From Escherichia coli O157 typing phage 14: 64,000 nucleotides of DNA. The stretch is from sequence record KP869112; one strand, written 5' to 3'. This document shows positions 45,248 to 55,636 of the stretch, piece after piece. Each line of letters starts with the position of its first letter. The stretch's first letter is position 1. The position numbers and the translations under genes were made by a program. Below the pieces are notes generated by a model, which had not been told where the DNA came from, ran no database searches, and was given only the letters and a program-made list of their open reading frames with translations.

Positions 45248-47326
45248 TTAAAAAGGTGTTTCATCATCCTCAAAACCAGGAACATGGTCAGAGGACGGAT
45301 CATCGTACTGGAGGTCTTCCTGCGTGTCAACAGGCTTAACAGTAGGAGTTACAACCTTATCAGCCACAACCTTGCCCATAGGTGTTTCTACAACTGCATG
45401 CTCCTGATCCTCAAACATAGCCTGAGGTCTCCAAACAACCTCCCCACCTTCTCCATCTGTAAACATTTGCATTTCTTTGTCCCAGTACCAATTACTGGCA
45501 TCATGGAACTTACCTGTATGTGGGTCCATAACCAAAGTGTCTGCAATACCCAATGTTTTTGCTGGACGGTTTTTAAGACCTACTAAACGGACACGCCCAC
45601 GAGAACGATCCACCATTTCTTCGGCCTCGACACCTATGACTACCCAACTCAACTGTTCAAGCCCAGCCGATCCTCGCAAATTCTCTTTTCGCACAGGATA
45701 CCAGAAAGGTAACGGGTTACCATCCTTGTCTTTAGGAGGCACAATCTCTGTACGTTTGAGGTGAGCGATCACCAAGATAAACACATTAAACTGCTTACAA
45801 AACGCAGCCAGTTGGGTCATAGCTATGTCCAGTTCTTTTCGCTCATCCTTAACATTAAGACCTGAAATTACCATGGACAGGTGATCCAGCACAATATAAC
45901 GACAATGGTACAGGCAAACCATTTGCTTAAGCTTGGTAATCAACTCGTCCACCGGAATAGATCCGAAATGTTTGAACACTTTGATTTTTCCAGCTTTTGC
46001 CCATGATTGGTGAATCTCTGCGTGTTCTTGATCAGTTAAAAACTGGCTAGGATCTTCAACAAACTCTTTAACATCAAACCCTAACTGGTTTGCATACAAG
46101 GAGTTAATTGCTTCCTCTGGGTCCTCCTCAAGATGGATCATGCATAGACGATCATCCTCTTCGTAGTCATCGGCCTTCGGGCATGTCGGGTCCATCAAGT
46201 ATCTTGCAATACAATGTTCCAGTTTTTTAGCTACAGTTGTTTTACCGCCCCCTGATGGCCCTGTAAGCATTACGAGTGTCCCTTTGTGCAAGCCTTTTAG
46301 CATTTTTTGCAGTTTTGGGAACTCTGCACTGATATCTACCCCGTTGGAAGTCTTTTTCCGCAAAGACTCGATAGAGAAGTCTTCTAAATCCGACACAGCA
46401 TCAGGCACATATTTAACAGGGTGCCGGAACATGTTGACAATATCTTCCAGCTTTTTAGCCTTCAGCATGTCTCGGATATCTTTTACACCGTCAGGGTCAT
46501 TTACTTCACCAGGGTATTCTACGTGGTAAACGTTATCAGCCATCAAAAATGCTGCGATATTGTGCGTGGCCTCAACACCTTTAATGACGTGTTTTTGCTT
46601 CTCTACCTCGTTAGCTGCATCGTTATCCATTGCCAGCACAACTGTTCCATAGCTACGGATAAACTTCTCATTGTTTGCAAAAGTATCTACTGCGTTTGCA
46701 CATCCACAGTTAATTCCAACAAAAGGCAGGCAGGGTTTTCCTGCCAGATCACCACCGTTGATAACTGCGTCGATCCCGTCCTGGACCTCTTTAGCCCACT
46801 GCTTCACCTTTGCCGGGGCTTTAGCGTTGGTGAGAATCCCTTTTACTTGTATCTGATATGCAGCCTGCCATGCTGCAATAACATCACCTTCTCCCTCACA
46901 AACGTTAATCTGCTTACGGTTGTTGGAAGATGCACACAGCTTTTGACCAAACATCTGGGAGTTGGCCTTTACGATGCCAACAACGGAGAAATGGCCCCTT
47001 TGCTCTTTAGGAATAGTCCAGTCACGCTTTTTGAAACCAGACAGATTTCCATAGCGGTCGTAATATGGGAAATATGTTGCAGTGACTGTCACACCGTCTT
47101 CTTGGGACAATGCTGATCGCACACCAAAATATTGTGCAGCCATAAGACCGATATTTTGTTGTGGGACAGGGACAATTTTAGTATTTTCTAAAACAGTCTC
47201 TACAGTTTCAACTTCTTTTTCATCACGATAGTCTCGTTTCACACTTCCCCCACTTTTATACTTAGTTGCTTTCGGGTTTGGCTCACCGAAACGGTTGTAT
47301 GCAGATGCCATAAATTTACTTCCCAT
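45248..47326 (-). CDS. DNA primase-helicase (TOPRIM primase fused to DnaB-like helicase, T7 gp4-like)
   Basis: TOPRIM motifs CEGEGD and MDNDAANE; helicase Walker A LTGPSGGGKTT and Walker B IVLDHLS. Confidence 0.85.
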   Translation of the reverse strand: MGSKFMASAYNRFGEPNPKATKYKSGGSVKRDYRDEKEVETVETVLENTKIVPVPQQNIGLMAAQYFGVRSALSQEDGVTVTATYFPYYDRYGNLSGFKKRDWTIPKEQRGHFSVVGIVKANSQMFGQKLCASSNNRKQINVCEGEGDVIAAWQAAYQIQVKGILTNAKAPAKVKQWAKEVQDGIDAVINGGDLAGKPCLPFVGINCGCANAVDTFANNEKFIRSYGTVVLAMDNDAANEVEKQKHVIKGVEATHNIAAFLMADNVYHVEYPGEVNDPDGVKDIRDMLKAKKLEDIVNMFRHPVKYVPDAVSDLEDFSIESLRKKTSNGVDISAEFPKLQKMLKGLHKGTLVMLTGPSGGGKTTVAKKLEHCIARYLMDPTCPKADDYEEDDRLCMIHLEEDPEEAINSLYANQLGFDVKEFVEDPSQFLTDQEHAEIHQSWAKAGKIKVFKHFGSIPVDELITKLKQMVCLYHCRYIVLDHLSMVISGLNVKDERKELDIAMTQLAAFCKQFNVFILVIAHLKRTEIVPPKDKDGNPLPFWYPVRKENLRGSAGLEQLSWVVIGVEAEEMVDRSRGRVRLVGLKNRPAKTLGIADTLVMDPHTGKFHDASNWYWDKEMQMFTDGEGGEVVWRPQAMFEDQEHAVVETPMGKVVADKVVTPTVKPVDTQEDLQYDDPSSDHVPGFEDDETPF

Positions 47327-48080
47327 TAATTCTGCTCCTTACTACAGGCTCGTTTGCTAAGAATACGGCTTTTGCCCAGCCACGTGGTGTGAGGCTTCGG
47401 ATCATCTTCGTTCTTGCACTCTTTCCACCCAGCTTGGCGTGTTGCATGGAATACCCGCTAACCGCGTCAACTATTTGCGGGACAGGTTTTGTGGCCGGGA
47501 TTATAAATCCATTACCTATCCAGCCGCAAGTTATTTTTGGATAGGCATCACGTGGAGCTATAAATTCAGGAAACCAAGGGTTTACATCATCCTCCGGTAA
47601 ATACCCGCCATAGTCAGAAGGATGAAAACGGTAATCAGGTTTGCGCCACAGTGTGGACATAACACCAACAGGATTCTCTACATGCCACGGGCAATCGTAA
47701 ATCTCTCCCAGCTCTTCCGCAACCCGAGCATCCTTTACAGCATTAATTTGGATCATGGGGTCCTTAGCCAGCTTTTTCTTAAAATGTGCAGCACCTGATA
47801 CCGCTAAATGCGTGCACGGAGGAAATGCAAGAATAAAGTCTGGGGCTGGGTACATGCAAAAAGTTTCCTGAGGGAACCATGGGTCAATCCAATAATCCAC
47901 ATAGTGGATGTTGGGATGATCGGTTATCACCTCTGCATAACTGCCGTGATCAGCACCTTCTGCATTGAAGCATAGGCACAGGTACCCAGCTTTTGCCCAG
48001 TCAATGACTGCACCACCAGACCCGTCAAATAGACTCCACACAACACCTTTGTGGTGGTGTTCTTTGTAGATAAATTTCAA
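47316..48080 (-). CDS. putative DNA cytosine-C5 methyltransferase-like protein
   Basis: FDGSGG (motif I-like), FPPCTHLAVSG (Pro-Cys motif IV-like), HVENPVG (motif VI-like) in canonical order; TTG start with AGGAGA RBS; ORF-track start 48110 lies inside a terminator hairpin. Confidence 0.35.
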   Translation of the reverse strand: MKFIYKEHHHKGVVWSLFDGSGGAVIDWAKAGYLCLCFNAEGADHGSYAEVITDHPNIHYVDYWIDPWFPQETFCMYPAPDFILAFPPCTHLAVSGAAHFKKKLAKDPMIQINAVKDARVAEELGEIYDCPWHVENPVGVMSTLWRKPDYRFHPSDYGGYLPEDDVNPWFPEFIAPRDAYPKITCGWIGNGFIIPATKPVPQIVDAVSGYSMQHAKLGGKSARTKMIRSLTPRGWAKAVFLANEPVVRSRINGK

Positions 48081-48098
48081 TTTGCTGTCTCCTAATGC

Positions 48099-48125
48099 AA
48101 AAAGCCCCACCCTTTCGGGCAGGGC
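48099..48125 (-). terminator. intrinsic terminator (same GCCCTGCCC-GAAA-GGGTGGGGC hairpin as 37963)
   Basis: Identical hairpin plus U tract 3' of the 48132 gene. Confidence 0.65.
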
Positions 48126-48131
48126 CTAGTG

Positions 48132-48614
48132 TTAAACCCGGATACCTATTGTATACTCGGTGGATACCAATGTCAAATCTAAATTTAAAATTTCTTGCAT
48201 CTCATAGTATGCGTCCAGGGTGAGATACATTTCCCCATCCTTTTCTACATACTTGTCCAAGTGCTTGAGGCATTTCGGATAACTATCGAGTGCAGCTTTC
48301 AGACACTCAAACTCTGTGCTGTTGATGAGTCCTTCCATCTTGGCTACCCGTTCTGGGGTAACGATAGCACTGTAGTGAGATTTAGCTTCCTGAATGCAAT
48401 GGGTCCAAGCATCAACTTTCTCTTCGAAAAGTCCGAAGAATTTCTTTTTGGTGAGCTTCAGATTCTTTAAGTGCTTAAGCACTCGGTTGCCGATCACAGC
48501 CACATCACGAAACTTAAGGATCACTTTGTCGATATCCTCGCGGCCTATTTTCACAAAGCAAGCCTCACACATTTCAGGAGCTGCGTAACCTACTTTCCAC
48601 ATAAAATCTGACAT
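48132..48614 (-). CDS. hypothetical protein
   Basis: RBS TAAGGAGA. Confidence 0.5.
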   Translation of the reverse strand: MSDFMWKVGYAAPEMCEACFVKIGREDIDKVILKFRDVAVIGNRVLKHLKNLKLTKKKFFGLFEEKVDAWTHCIQEAKSHYSAIVTPERVAKMEGLINSTEFECLKAALDSYPKCLKHLDKYVEKDGEMYLTLDAYYEMQEILNLDLTLVSTEYTIGIRV

Positions 48615-48626
48615 AACACTATCTCC

Positions 48627-49025
48627 TTATTCTTCCTGAAAAGCAACGATATCATATGAACTTGCAGACGATCCTGGTGAAGAATGACTCCAGTCTAGGT
48701 CATCAGAGTAGTCAGCGTACTGTGCACCACTACGTAGTTTATATTTTACCCACTTACCTGGTGCAGGGTTTTCACCACCTTCCCATACTTCCCAGCCTTC
48801 TGGCAGGCCGTCCTGGGGATAGTCATCCACCTCACTAATAATCTTAGGGTTTGGCACCAAGATCCCTGCAGGCTCTTCCTTACGGATAAGTGTCCACACA
48901 ACGTAGGTGTCTGAGCAGGCGCATGATAGCAAAGTATATCCACTATTCAGAACTTCTGCAAGCTCTTTTTCAGCATCTTCCAATTTGGTTAAGTGGTATT
49001 GGATAACCTTCACACCTGTAATCAT
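48627..49025 (-). CDS. hypothetical protein
   Basis: RBS GGGAGG. Confidence 0.5.
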   Translation of the reverse strand: MITGVKVIQYHLTKLEDAEKELAEVLNSGYTLLSCACSDTYVVWTLIRKEEPAGILVPNPKIISEVDDYPQDGLPEGWEVWEGGENPAPGKWVKYKLRSGAQYADYSDDLDWSHSSPGSSASSYDIVAFQEE

Positions 49026-49330
49026 CAGAAACCTCCCACTTCTTCAGCAAATGCAGCTGCTGTCGTCGCTGCATCCAGATAGGACTCTAGTTCACGGGCT
49101 GCACGTTTGTAAATTGAGTGTCGCAAATCGTTTGGCAGTTGGTGGAAGTCCACCTCTTCACCGTTGTGGTAAACATGCACATCGGTGATTTGTCTAAATC
49201 CGTAACAGTCAACATCAGAATCCCGGCACTCCGGATCTGGCAACTGAACAACTGCCTGAGCTTCCACAGTAAACATATCGTCAAGTTCGAAATCGATTTC
49301 AAAAGTGTATGGTTTATAACGTTTCATCAT
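49025..49330 (-). CDS. hypothetical protein
   Basis: ORF-track ORF. Confidence 0.45.
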   Translation of the reverse strand: MMKRYKPYTFEIDFELDDMFTVEAQAVVQLPDPECRDSDVDCYGFRQITDVHVYHNGEEVDFHQLPNDLRHSIYKRAARELESYLDAATTAAAFAEEVGGF

Positions 49331-49343
49331 TTGATTGTACTCT

Positions 49344-50668
49344 TTATTGATCAGAATTATCTTTCGTAATTAAGGTCTGGGTAAGTTTGTAATAGCGGAA
49401 GCCACCGCCACCTTGCCAGCTTGCAGACTTAGAAATACCACCTTGATCTTCACCATCAATCACTTTTTGCAAGCGAGGGATAATATGGGTATGACAATGA
49501 TCACCCAGTTCGATCAAGATCCAACGTCTTTTCATCTTGTGGGCTACAGCAGCAGTAGTTCCCGAACCGCCGAATGAATCCAATACCAAATCACCTTCTC
49601 GCGTACACATTTCGAGAATCCGCTTCAAAAGCGCTTCTGGTTTTTTCCATTTTTGAAACTAACGCCGCCTTCATTTGCTATTCCATTCCAACTAATGTCT
49701 GTCCAAACATCAGTTATTAGTTCCGCAGGTCGCATCTCACCGTCAATTTCCAAAAGCCTGTTGGAGTAAAAGACCATTTGCCTACCATTTGCGATATAAA
49801 ATCCTTCAACATCCTCATTCGGATGTACATAAACCTTATCCCTATCTTTCTTTGACTTCTCGATAGTTTCTTTTCTCTTTATTTTAGCGCCACCACCAAT
49901 TGCAACAGATTGAAATACACGTTCTGCATTATCAATTGCGAATTGTGCTAATTCATCATCGAATGTGTCAGGCAGTTTTTTCTTAGCTTCTTTTGCATCT
50001 TTATAGCCATTGGCCTTTGCAAACGCATCGGCAATACCGCACCACGTCCAATTTTTATAATGGTCATCCGGGTTTAATAGGTATTTGTTATATCCTGTAT
50101 CATACCCTTTAGGTATATAGATTTTGTTAAGCGGTTTCTGGGTGCGATCTTTTGCATATACAAGCAAAAAGTTTGCTGTGGAGAAAACTGTGGCTCCTGT
50201 TGCCTTAAATCCCGAAGGGAAATTTGTGGTCATCGATATGGTATTTAACTGATTTGCACGACCAAAAATCTCGTCCATCAAAACTTTTAAATACGCCATT
50301 TCGCAATCATCTAAGTGAACGAATATTACCCCATCATCACTTAGAAGATTACGAATTATTTCTAACCTATCCCTCATTAAGCCCAGCCAAACGGAATGCT
50401 CCAGGCTATCATCGTAGTGCTCAAAAGCCCTCCCGGTATTGAATGGTGGGTCTATGTAAACACACTTCACTTTGCCTGCATACTCTTGCTCTAGCGCCTT
50501 CAATGCTAATAAGTTATCTCCAAAAATCAGTTTATTATCAAAAATATCGTTTTCGGTCACTTTCTGGCTGTGGTAAGACTTGCTAGAATCTTCTAACAAA
50601 ATGTGCTGCTCTAACTTTTTGCGCTCGTTTTTACCTATCCAGGTAAGTTCTAATTTGGTTTTACTCAT
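49344..50668 (-). pseudogene. beta-class DNA N6-adenine/N4-cytosine methyltransferase split by a frameshift
   Basis: Upstream ORF (49625-50668) carries DPPF (VYIDPPFNTG); downstream ORF (49344-49628) carries AdoMet motif FGGSGTT; reading frames overlap across 49628-49658 around a homopolymer (GGAAAAAACC on coding strand). Confidence 0.55.
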
Positions 50669-50726
50669 CGTTTGGTGCTCTCCTTAGTTTTTGTGGGGAG
50701 GAGTGCCTCCCCTTTATACTCACATC

Positions 50727-51071
50727 TTACTGCTCAAGGTCTTCAGAGTCAAGCTCAAAAAGAATCAAACTGTGCATGCCTGCAGAGAGATCAACACACC
50801 CTGCAACAATAAGGGTTTGATAGTAAGGTTCAGCACCCTCAATGTCTTCGTTAAAATCCACAACAAGGTAGTCACCTTTGTTAAAGGTGTATTTGTCCGA
50901 TGTAAACGCAAAACCTGCCCAGTCCCCTACTGCAGGATCTTTATCAGTCACCTTTGTTAGCAGTAGATCTTTTTCACGAGATCTTTTAGTAAAATCGTGA
51001 ATCACAACATCCTTCTCTTCAGGAGTTGGATTGCCGCACACGTAGTTAACGATATTTCTCCACAAACTCAT
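50727..51071 (-). CDS. hypothetical protein
   Basis: RBS AGAGGGGGA; start overlaps helicase stop. Confidence 0.45.
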   Translation of the reverse strand: MSLWRNIVNYVCGNPTPEEKDVVIHDFTKRSREKDLLLTKVTDKDPAVGDWAGFAFTSDKYTFNKGDYLVVDFNEDIEGAEPYYQTLIVAGCVDLSAGMHSLILFELDSEDLEQ

Positions 51072-52438
51072 ACGTCCCCCTCTTCTGCTCTGGTTTCAAA
51101 ATCTTTCCTGACAATTTTGTCTAAGTCAGGGAATGTTGTATTGTAAAACTCTACGACTCGCGGGTCAACAATAATGTCAACCTCTCTTAGTGGACGCAAC
51201 AAGTTTATTCCTTGTATTGTCTTAACTCTACTCAAAGCGACATACGTCATCCCAGGAGAGAAAGCTCCGTTCTTTCCAAGGTCTAGGTTGTAACAATCTA
51301 GTGTAAGTCCTTGACTTTTATGAGATGTTACGGCGTACCCAGATTTCAGAGGAAGTTGCTTGTATGACCCAATCACTACCCTCTCTATAAACTTCTCCAT
51401 CTTCCTTTCTGCAATGTTGTATCTCTGAGATGGCTTATACTCGTTATTCTCCCACAACCTCTGCTCTATGTCAACCTGTGTTCCATCTTCAAGCTCTACC
51501 ACCACCGCCTTGTTCTTAAATTTAACAATTGTAGCACGTGTTCCGTTAACATAATAAGGTACTTTGTGCGTCGGGTCAACATCGTTGGCGGTTATCATAA
51601 CTTTCATGCCAATTTTCAACTTCATCTCCTGCTCAACTGGCAGGGTGGAGGGAAACTTACCCTTCATTTCACCAGTGTATACCTTCTCTGGGGCGTTGAT
51701 GGCATCATAGAACCTTCTGTTCACTTCCTCTGCTTGTTTGTTGGTGGCGCAAATTGTGAGAGCGTCTGTTGGTACACCTCCTTTGTAACAGCGAGCATTA
51801 AGTTCTGCTACAACCTCTTTTATGCGACGACCCTCACGAACACAGTTGAGCATTGTAGCAAATCGAACAGACTCCTGTCGGAACTGATCTATTAGGGCTA
51901 TGTTGTGGAGGTCAAGCTCTTTCCAAGATTCGGTATAGCAACACAGGTCCGTATGGTAGAAGTTGAAGTAGGCTTCCTTCTCCATAGAAGAGACAACAGG
52001 AGGTGCCTGGTAAAAATCGCCAAACAATATGACCTGTATGCCTCCGAAAGGTTTGTCATTTTTTCGAAGGAAGCGGAGTTTCCTATCCATCTCTATAAAC
52101 TTATCAGCACGGATCATAGAGATTTCATCGATAATTAGGATGGTAAATGCCTTGCTTTTCAAAGGCTTTGCTGTTTTTGCCCTTATTGCGGTCCAGTCCG
52201 ACTCCATGCTCACACCTGCTGCAAGATCGAAGGTTCGGTGTGCTGTTGCTCCATTAACGTTTAAAGCGGCTACCCCTGTCGGGGCAACCGTTATGCAAGA
52301 GTCTCCATACATTGACTGGATCATGTTGATGAGGTACGTCTTCCCACAACCTGCGGGTCCTGAAACGAAGACATTCTCACCGCTCATGATTGCAACGAGG
52401 GCAGCATCTGTGCCTACATCATACTGCCCTTTTTCCAT
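51068..52438 (-). CDS. Dda/Pif1/RecD-like SF1 DNA helicase
   Basis: Walker A GPAGCGKT, Walker B LIIDEISMI, C-terminal SHKSQGLT motif; RBS GAGGAGG. Confidence 0.8.
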   Translation of the reverse strand: MEKGQYDVGTDAALVAIMSGENVFVSGPAGCGKTYLINMIQSMYGDSCITVAPTGVAALNVNGATAHRTFDLAAGVSMESDWTAIRAKTAKPLKSKAFTILIIDEISMIRADKFIEMDRKLRFLRKNDKPFGGIQVILFGDFYQAPPVVSSMEKEAYFNFYHTDLCCYTESWKELDLHNIALIDQFRQESVRFATMLNCVREGRRIKEVVAELNARCYKGGVPTDALTICATNKQAEEVNRRFYDAINAPEKVYTGEMKGKFPSTLPVEQEMKLKIGMKVMITANDVDPTHKVPYYVNGTRATIVKFKNKAVVVELEDGTQVDIEQRLWENNEYKPSQRYNIAERKMEKFIERVVIGSYKQLPLKSGYAVTSHKSQGLTLDCYNLDLGKNGAFSPGMTYVALSRVKTIQGINLLRPLREVDIIVDPRVVEFYNTTFPDLDKIVRKDFETRAEEGDV

Positions 52439-53643
52439 TACGCCTCCTCGTAAAGAATGTCGATAGTGTTACCGTCACGATCAACTACATATTCAATAGG
52501 GTCTCCATCTTTGCGTGCTTCCGGAGCTACCACAATCTCATAGCGGCATGCACGGCACTTAGCGCTATTGTGTTGGTATGGCACACTAACCACATCTGCA
52601 GGATCAACCATAACAGTCATTACAGTGCCGTAGCTCTTTGCATACTCTTTGCTGGCGCAGTGTAAGCCATAGGAGCACGCAGCTTCCGGATCATCCTCTA
52701 CAAAGTTACGAGGCATGGATACAAAAGCACCCTGGTATTGTGGAACTTTACCACTGTGCCAATCCACCCACTTGCTGCCGTTAAACTGAACCCCTTTGTA
52801 GCAAATTATTCGACCATCTTCTGCAATCTGGATATCGTTGGCCTGCATAAAATCGTAGAGCATGTTTACAGATTTTGCAGAAGGATTGCGTAGCAGGCGA
52901 ACGAGGAATTTCACATAGCGGTCATCCAGCGTTCCGTCTGCATAATCTTTCTCAATTTTCTTTGCAATGGTGGATCGCATCTCTACACCGTAGTAGTAGA
53001 GCTTACCATCTTTCATGATCAGGTTGTCTGCAAGTGTGGTGAACTCATTCTTGCGTTCCAGCCAGACAAGGATTTCACCAATTGCCTCATCATATTCCTG
53101 AACAGAGATATGGTCGAAGACTTTCTGGTAAACTTCCTCACTTTCGCTGCGGCGAATTTCAAAAATGCCTTCGTTGCAGGTGATCTGGAGGAGTTCCCCA
53201 CAAATAACTACCAAAGGCTCGATGCTTCGAGTCTGTTGCTGAGACACACTGCTCACCACCTCCAGCACCGGATCTTTGACTTCTACTAAAGGTTCTTCTG
53301 ACTTGATTGCTACCCCAGTGAACCCCACACCGTGAACAACACACAGTGGGTATACCACGCCCCAACGTTTAACGGAACCTTCGCCTAAATCTAAGATCAT
53401 AGCGTACTTACCGTTATCTTCCAGACCGTATCGAAATAAACGGGCCTCTTCGCGGGTTTCAAAATCCTCACGGGTGTAGCAGACGCTGTCACGGTCAGGA
53501 TCGAACAACTCTGGGGCACCAACTGCCAGTGTCCAGGTTGTGTCGCCTTTCTCAATGGCACATGTGAAACCCTTCTTCTCAAGTTCTGCACGGCGGTCTC
53601 GTGCTTCTTTACGGGTTTTGAAATGTTCGTAGATGAAAATCAT
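52438..53643 (-). CDS. rIIB: rIIB-like protein
   Basis: Immediately downstream of rIIA-like gene; C-terminal blocks LYDFMQANDIQIAEDG, CSYGLHCASKEY, VDPADVVSVPYQHNSAKCRACRYEIV match the remembered T4 rIIB C-terminus. Confidence 0.65.
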   Translation of the reverse strand: MIFIYEHFKTRKEARDRRAELEKKGFTCAIEKGDTTWTLAVGAPELFDPDRDSVCYTREDFETREEARLFRYGLEDNGKYAMILDLGEGSVKRWGVVYPLCVVHGVGFTGVAIKSEEPLVEVKDPVLEVVSSVSQQQTRSIEPLVVICGELLQITCNEGIFEIRRSESEEVYQKVFDHISVQEYDEAIGEILVWLERKNEFTTLADNLIMKDGKLYYYGVEMRSTIAKKIEKDYADGTLDDRYVKFLVRLLRNPSAKSVNMLYDFMQANDIQIAEDGRIICYKGVQFNGSKWVDWHSGKVPQYQGAFVSMPRNFVEDDPEAACSYGLHCASKEYAKSYGTVMTVMVDPADVVSVPYQHNSAKCRACRYEIVVAPEARKDGDPIEYVVDRDGNTIDILYEEA

Positions 53644-53653
53644 CTTGGTCTCC

Positions 53654-55636
53654 TTATTTGATGTTATTCTTTGTATCGATCAGTTCACGGTATTCAATCA
53701 TAGCAGGAGTGTCCCAATATTTCAAGCCCACATGCTTCAAAAGTGGATATTTCTTTTCCAATCTTGCAATATAGGCCTTCCCGCACTTAACCCGGTTGGC
53801 GATTAAGATTTTGGCACGATGATTTAGCTCACTGTGCTTCCACGCGGTGTTACCTTCCCACTTGTGGAAATGTGGCCGATAATTTCCAAAATCCTGCATG
53901 GGGATAATTTTCCCTAATTGTCTATACAGGCTGTCATATGAAGTTTCATTTGCTGCGCGAGTCAGTAAGAATTTCCAAGCATCCTCTTTCAACAAATGTT
54001 CCACATTCTTCTCTGTAACATACTGGCAATCAGGATCAGTCCAAAGCAGACGAGATTCTGATACCAGGTACAGATCTTCACCTTCAGGAATCTGGAGTGC
54101 AGCACGCACACGGTCATAATTTTGCTGGTAGATGTTACTCATCTGGCCCAGCCAGCAGCTTCCCCGTTGGATATCCCCCTCATAAGGGATGCAATGCTTA
54201 ATCTTCTTGAACTCTGCCTTCGTGAGGCGCTCACGATGGAAGTAGCCATCCTCTCTAAGCTTCTTAACCCAGTAGCCTGGCTCGTAACGAGTTTTGGTTT
54301 CACCTTTCTTCGCAGGTCGGCGTGGAAGCTCCGATAACAATTTGACCGTATCTGCAAAGAACGGATGGTGTGCCGCCTCTTTAAACTCTTTCACCAGATC
54401 CTTGTTCCGGCAATAGAAAACGTTGCGTCCGGTGATCTCGCTTAAGTAGTTACACTTATTCCGGTTATATTTGCCGTCTCCGTCGTTAAATACAAGGTAT
54501 ACACCTCGTAAGAACTCCGACTTTCCGTAACGAGCATAGCCTATGCGGCCTTTATTTAAGCCGCCAGCGAAAATTTCACAATCGCCTAAGTCGCCAAGCC
54601 CTGTTTCTTCCCAACGGTTCCACATAAAGTTTTTGCCGAAGATGTGTCCGAACACTCCACTGTTCTTCATCATCTCACGTGCTTCTGAGGATGTTTTTGC
54701 TGTCTCCAATTCCGCAACAACTTCTGCCCCACGAAGACGTATACCTTCTTTGACAAAGGCCTCCAGGCGATCCTGGAATCCACCATCGTCGTGCCCCTCT
54801 ATGGTCCATTCGCGCCCAGGGTTAATATTGCAATCCCCGATAGGGATCTCTACACAGATTGCAGGGTAGTCTGTCAATGTTTCCAGAAACTTAGAGCGGT
54901 AAGGTTGGTGTCCCATCACCACACGGCTCTCATCAGAGCTGGTATAACCTTTCAGGATGGTCATTTTCCAACCATCTTTCTCGTAGTGATACTGCGCCTC
55001 AACCTTGTCACCTTCCAGCATCTTACTGGTCATAGGGTCGGTAACGGTAAACGGAAACTTTGCATAGCGTAGGCATGACGCAATAGCAGTGCGATATTTC
55101 AGAACATGCTCTTTCTTAACATGGAACTGAACTTTTACCCCGTTGTGCTCTTCAGTCTTCCGCTCGCGGATCTTGGTAACGTTTGGGATACCCTGATCCA
55201 AGAACAACAGATATGTGCTTTCAACACCGTTGTGCACACTGATCACATCGAAAGTGTCCACCATGCTGAACGGGGCCTTTGAACCTACACCTTTATTACC
55301 TACCAGAGCGTTGCTGTTGCGCTTGGTTGACTCCCCGAGGTTCATGAAAGTGTTGCGGACCATCTCTTCCGACATGCCCAATCCAACGTCCTGCACAAAG
55401 AAGTATGGTTCAAGGTCTGTAGGAGAGTGAATGATGATCGGTACATCACCCCGTCCAGACTCAACATGGGAGTCCACAGCATTGAAGATTGGTTCACGGC
55501 AGCTTGCCAGCACCTTATCTTCGTAAATCCCTTTAATGATTAGCCCAAAAGTCTCTTTGTTCAGAGAAATTGAGCCCCTGGTGACCTCCATATTTCCGGT
55601 TAGTACTGCTTTAGTTTCATTACTGTTTACAATCAT
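53654..55636 (-). CDS. rIIA: rIIA-like protein (N-terminal GHKL-type ATPase fold)
   Basis: Bergerat-fold motifs EPIFNAVDSH, VQDVGLGMS, GNKGVGSKAPFSMVDTF matching remembered T4 rIIA motifs; 660 aa. Confidence 0.7.
   Translation of the reverse strand: MIVNSNETKAVLTGNMEVTRGSISLNKETFGLIIKGIYEDKVLASCREPIFNAVDSHVESGRGDVPIIIHSPTDLEPYFFVQDVGLGMSEEMVRNTFMNLGESTKRNSNALVGNKGVGSKAPFSMVDTFDVISVHNGVESTYLLFLDQGIPNVTKIRERKTEEHNGVKVQFHVKKEHVLKYRTAIASCLRYAKFPFTVTDPMTSKMLEGDKVEAQYHYEKDGWKMTILKGYTSSDESRVVMGHQPYRSKFLETLTDYPAICVEIPIGDCNINPGREWTIEGHDDGGFQDRLEAFVKEGIRLRGAEVVAELETAKTSSEAREMMKNSGVFGHIFGKNFMWNRWEETGLGDLGDCEIFAGGLNKGRIGYARYGKSEFLRGVYLVFNDGDGKYNRNKCNYLSEITGRNVFYCRNKDLVKEFKEAAHHPFFADTVKLLSELPRRPAKKGETKTRYEPGYWVKKLREDGYFHRERLTKAEFKKIKHCIPYEGDIQRGSCWLGQMSNIYQQNYDRVRAALQIPEGEDLYLVSESRLLWTDPDCQYVTEKNVEHLLKEDAWKFLLTRAANETSYDSLYRQLGKIIPMQDFGNYRPHFHKWEGNTAWKHSELNHRAKILIANRVKCGKAYIARLEKKYPLLKHVGLKYWDTPAMIEYRELIDTKNNIK

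Noticed and set aside
42415-47116. Plus-strand ORFs inside the polymerase and primase-helicase genes (for example 42415-42846, 42895-43260, 46421-47116)
   Set aside because: Shadow ORFs on the non-coding strand of well-supported large genes.
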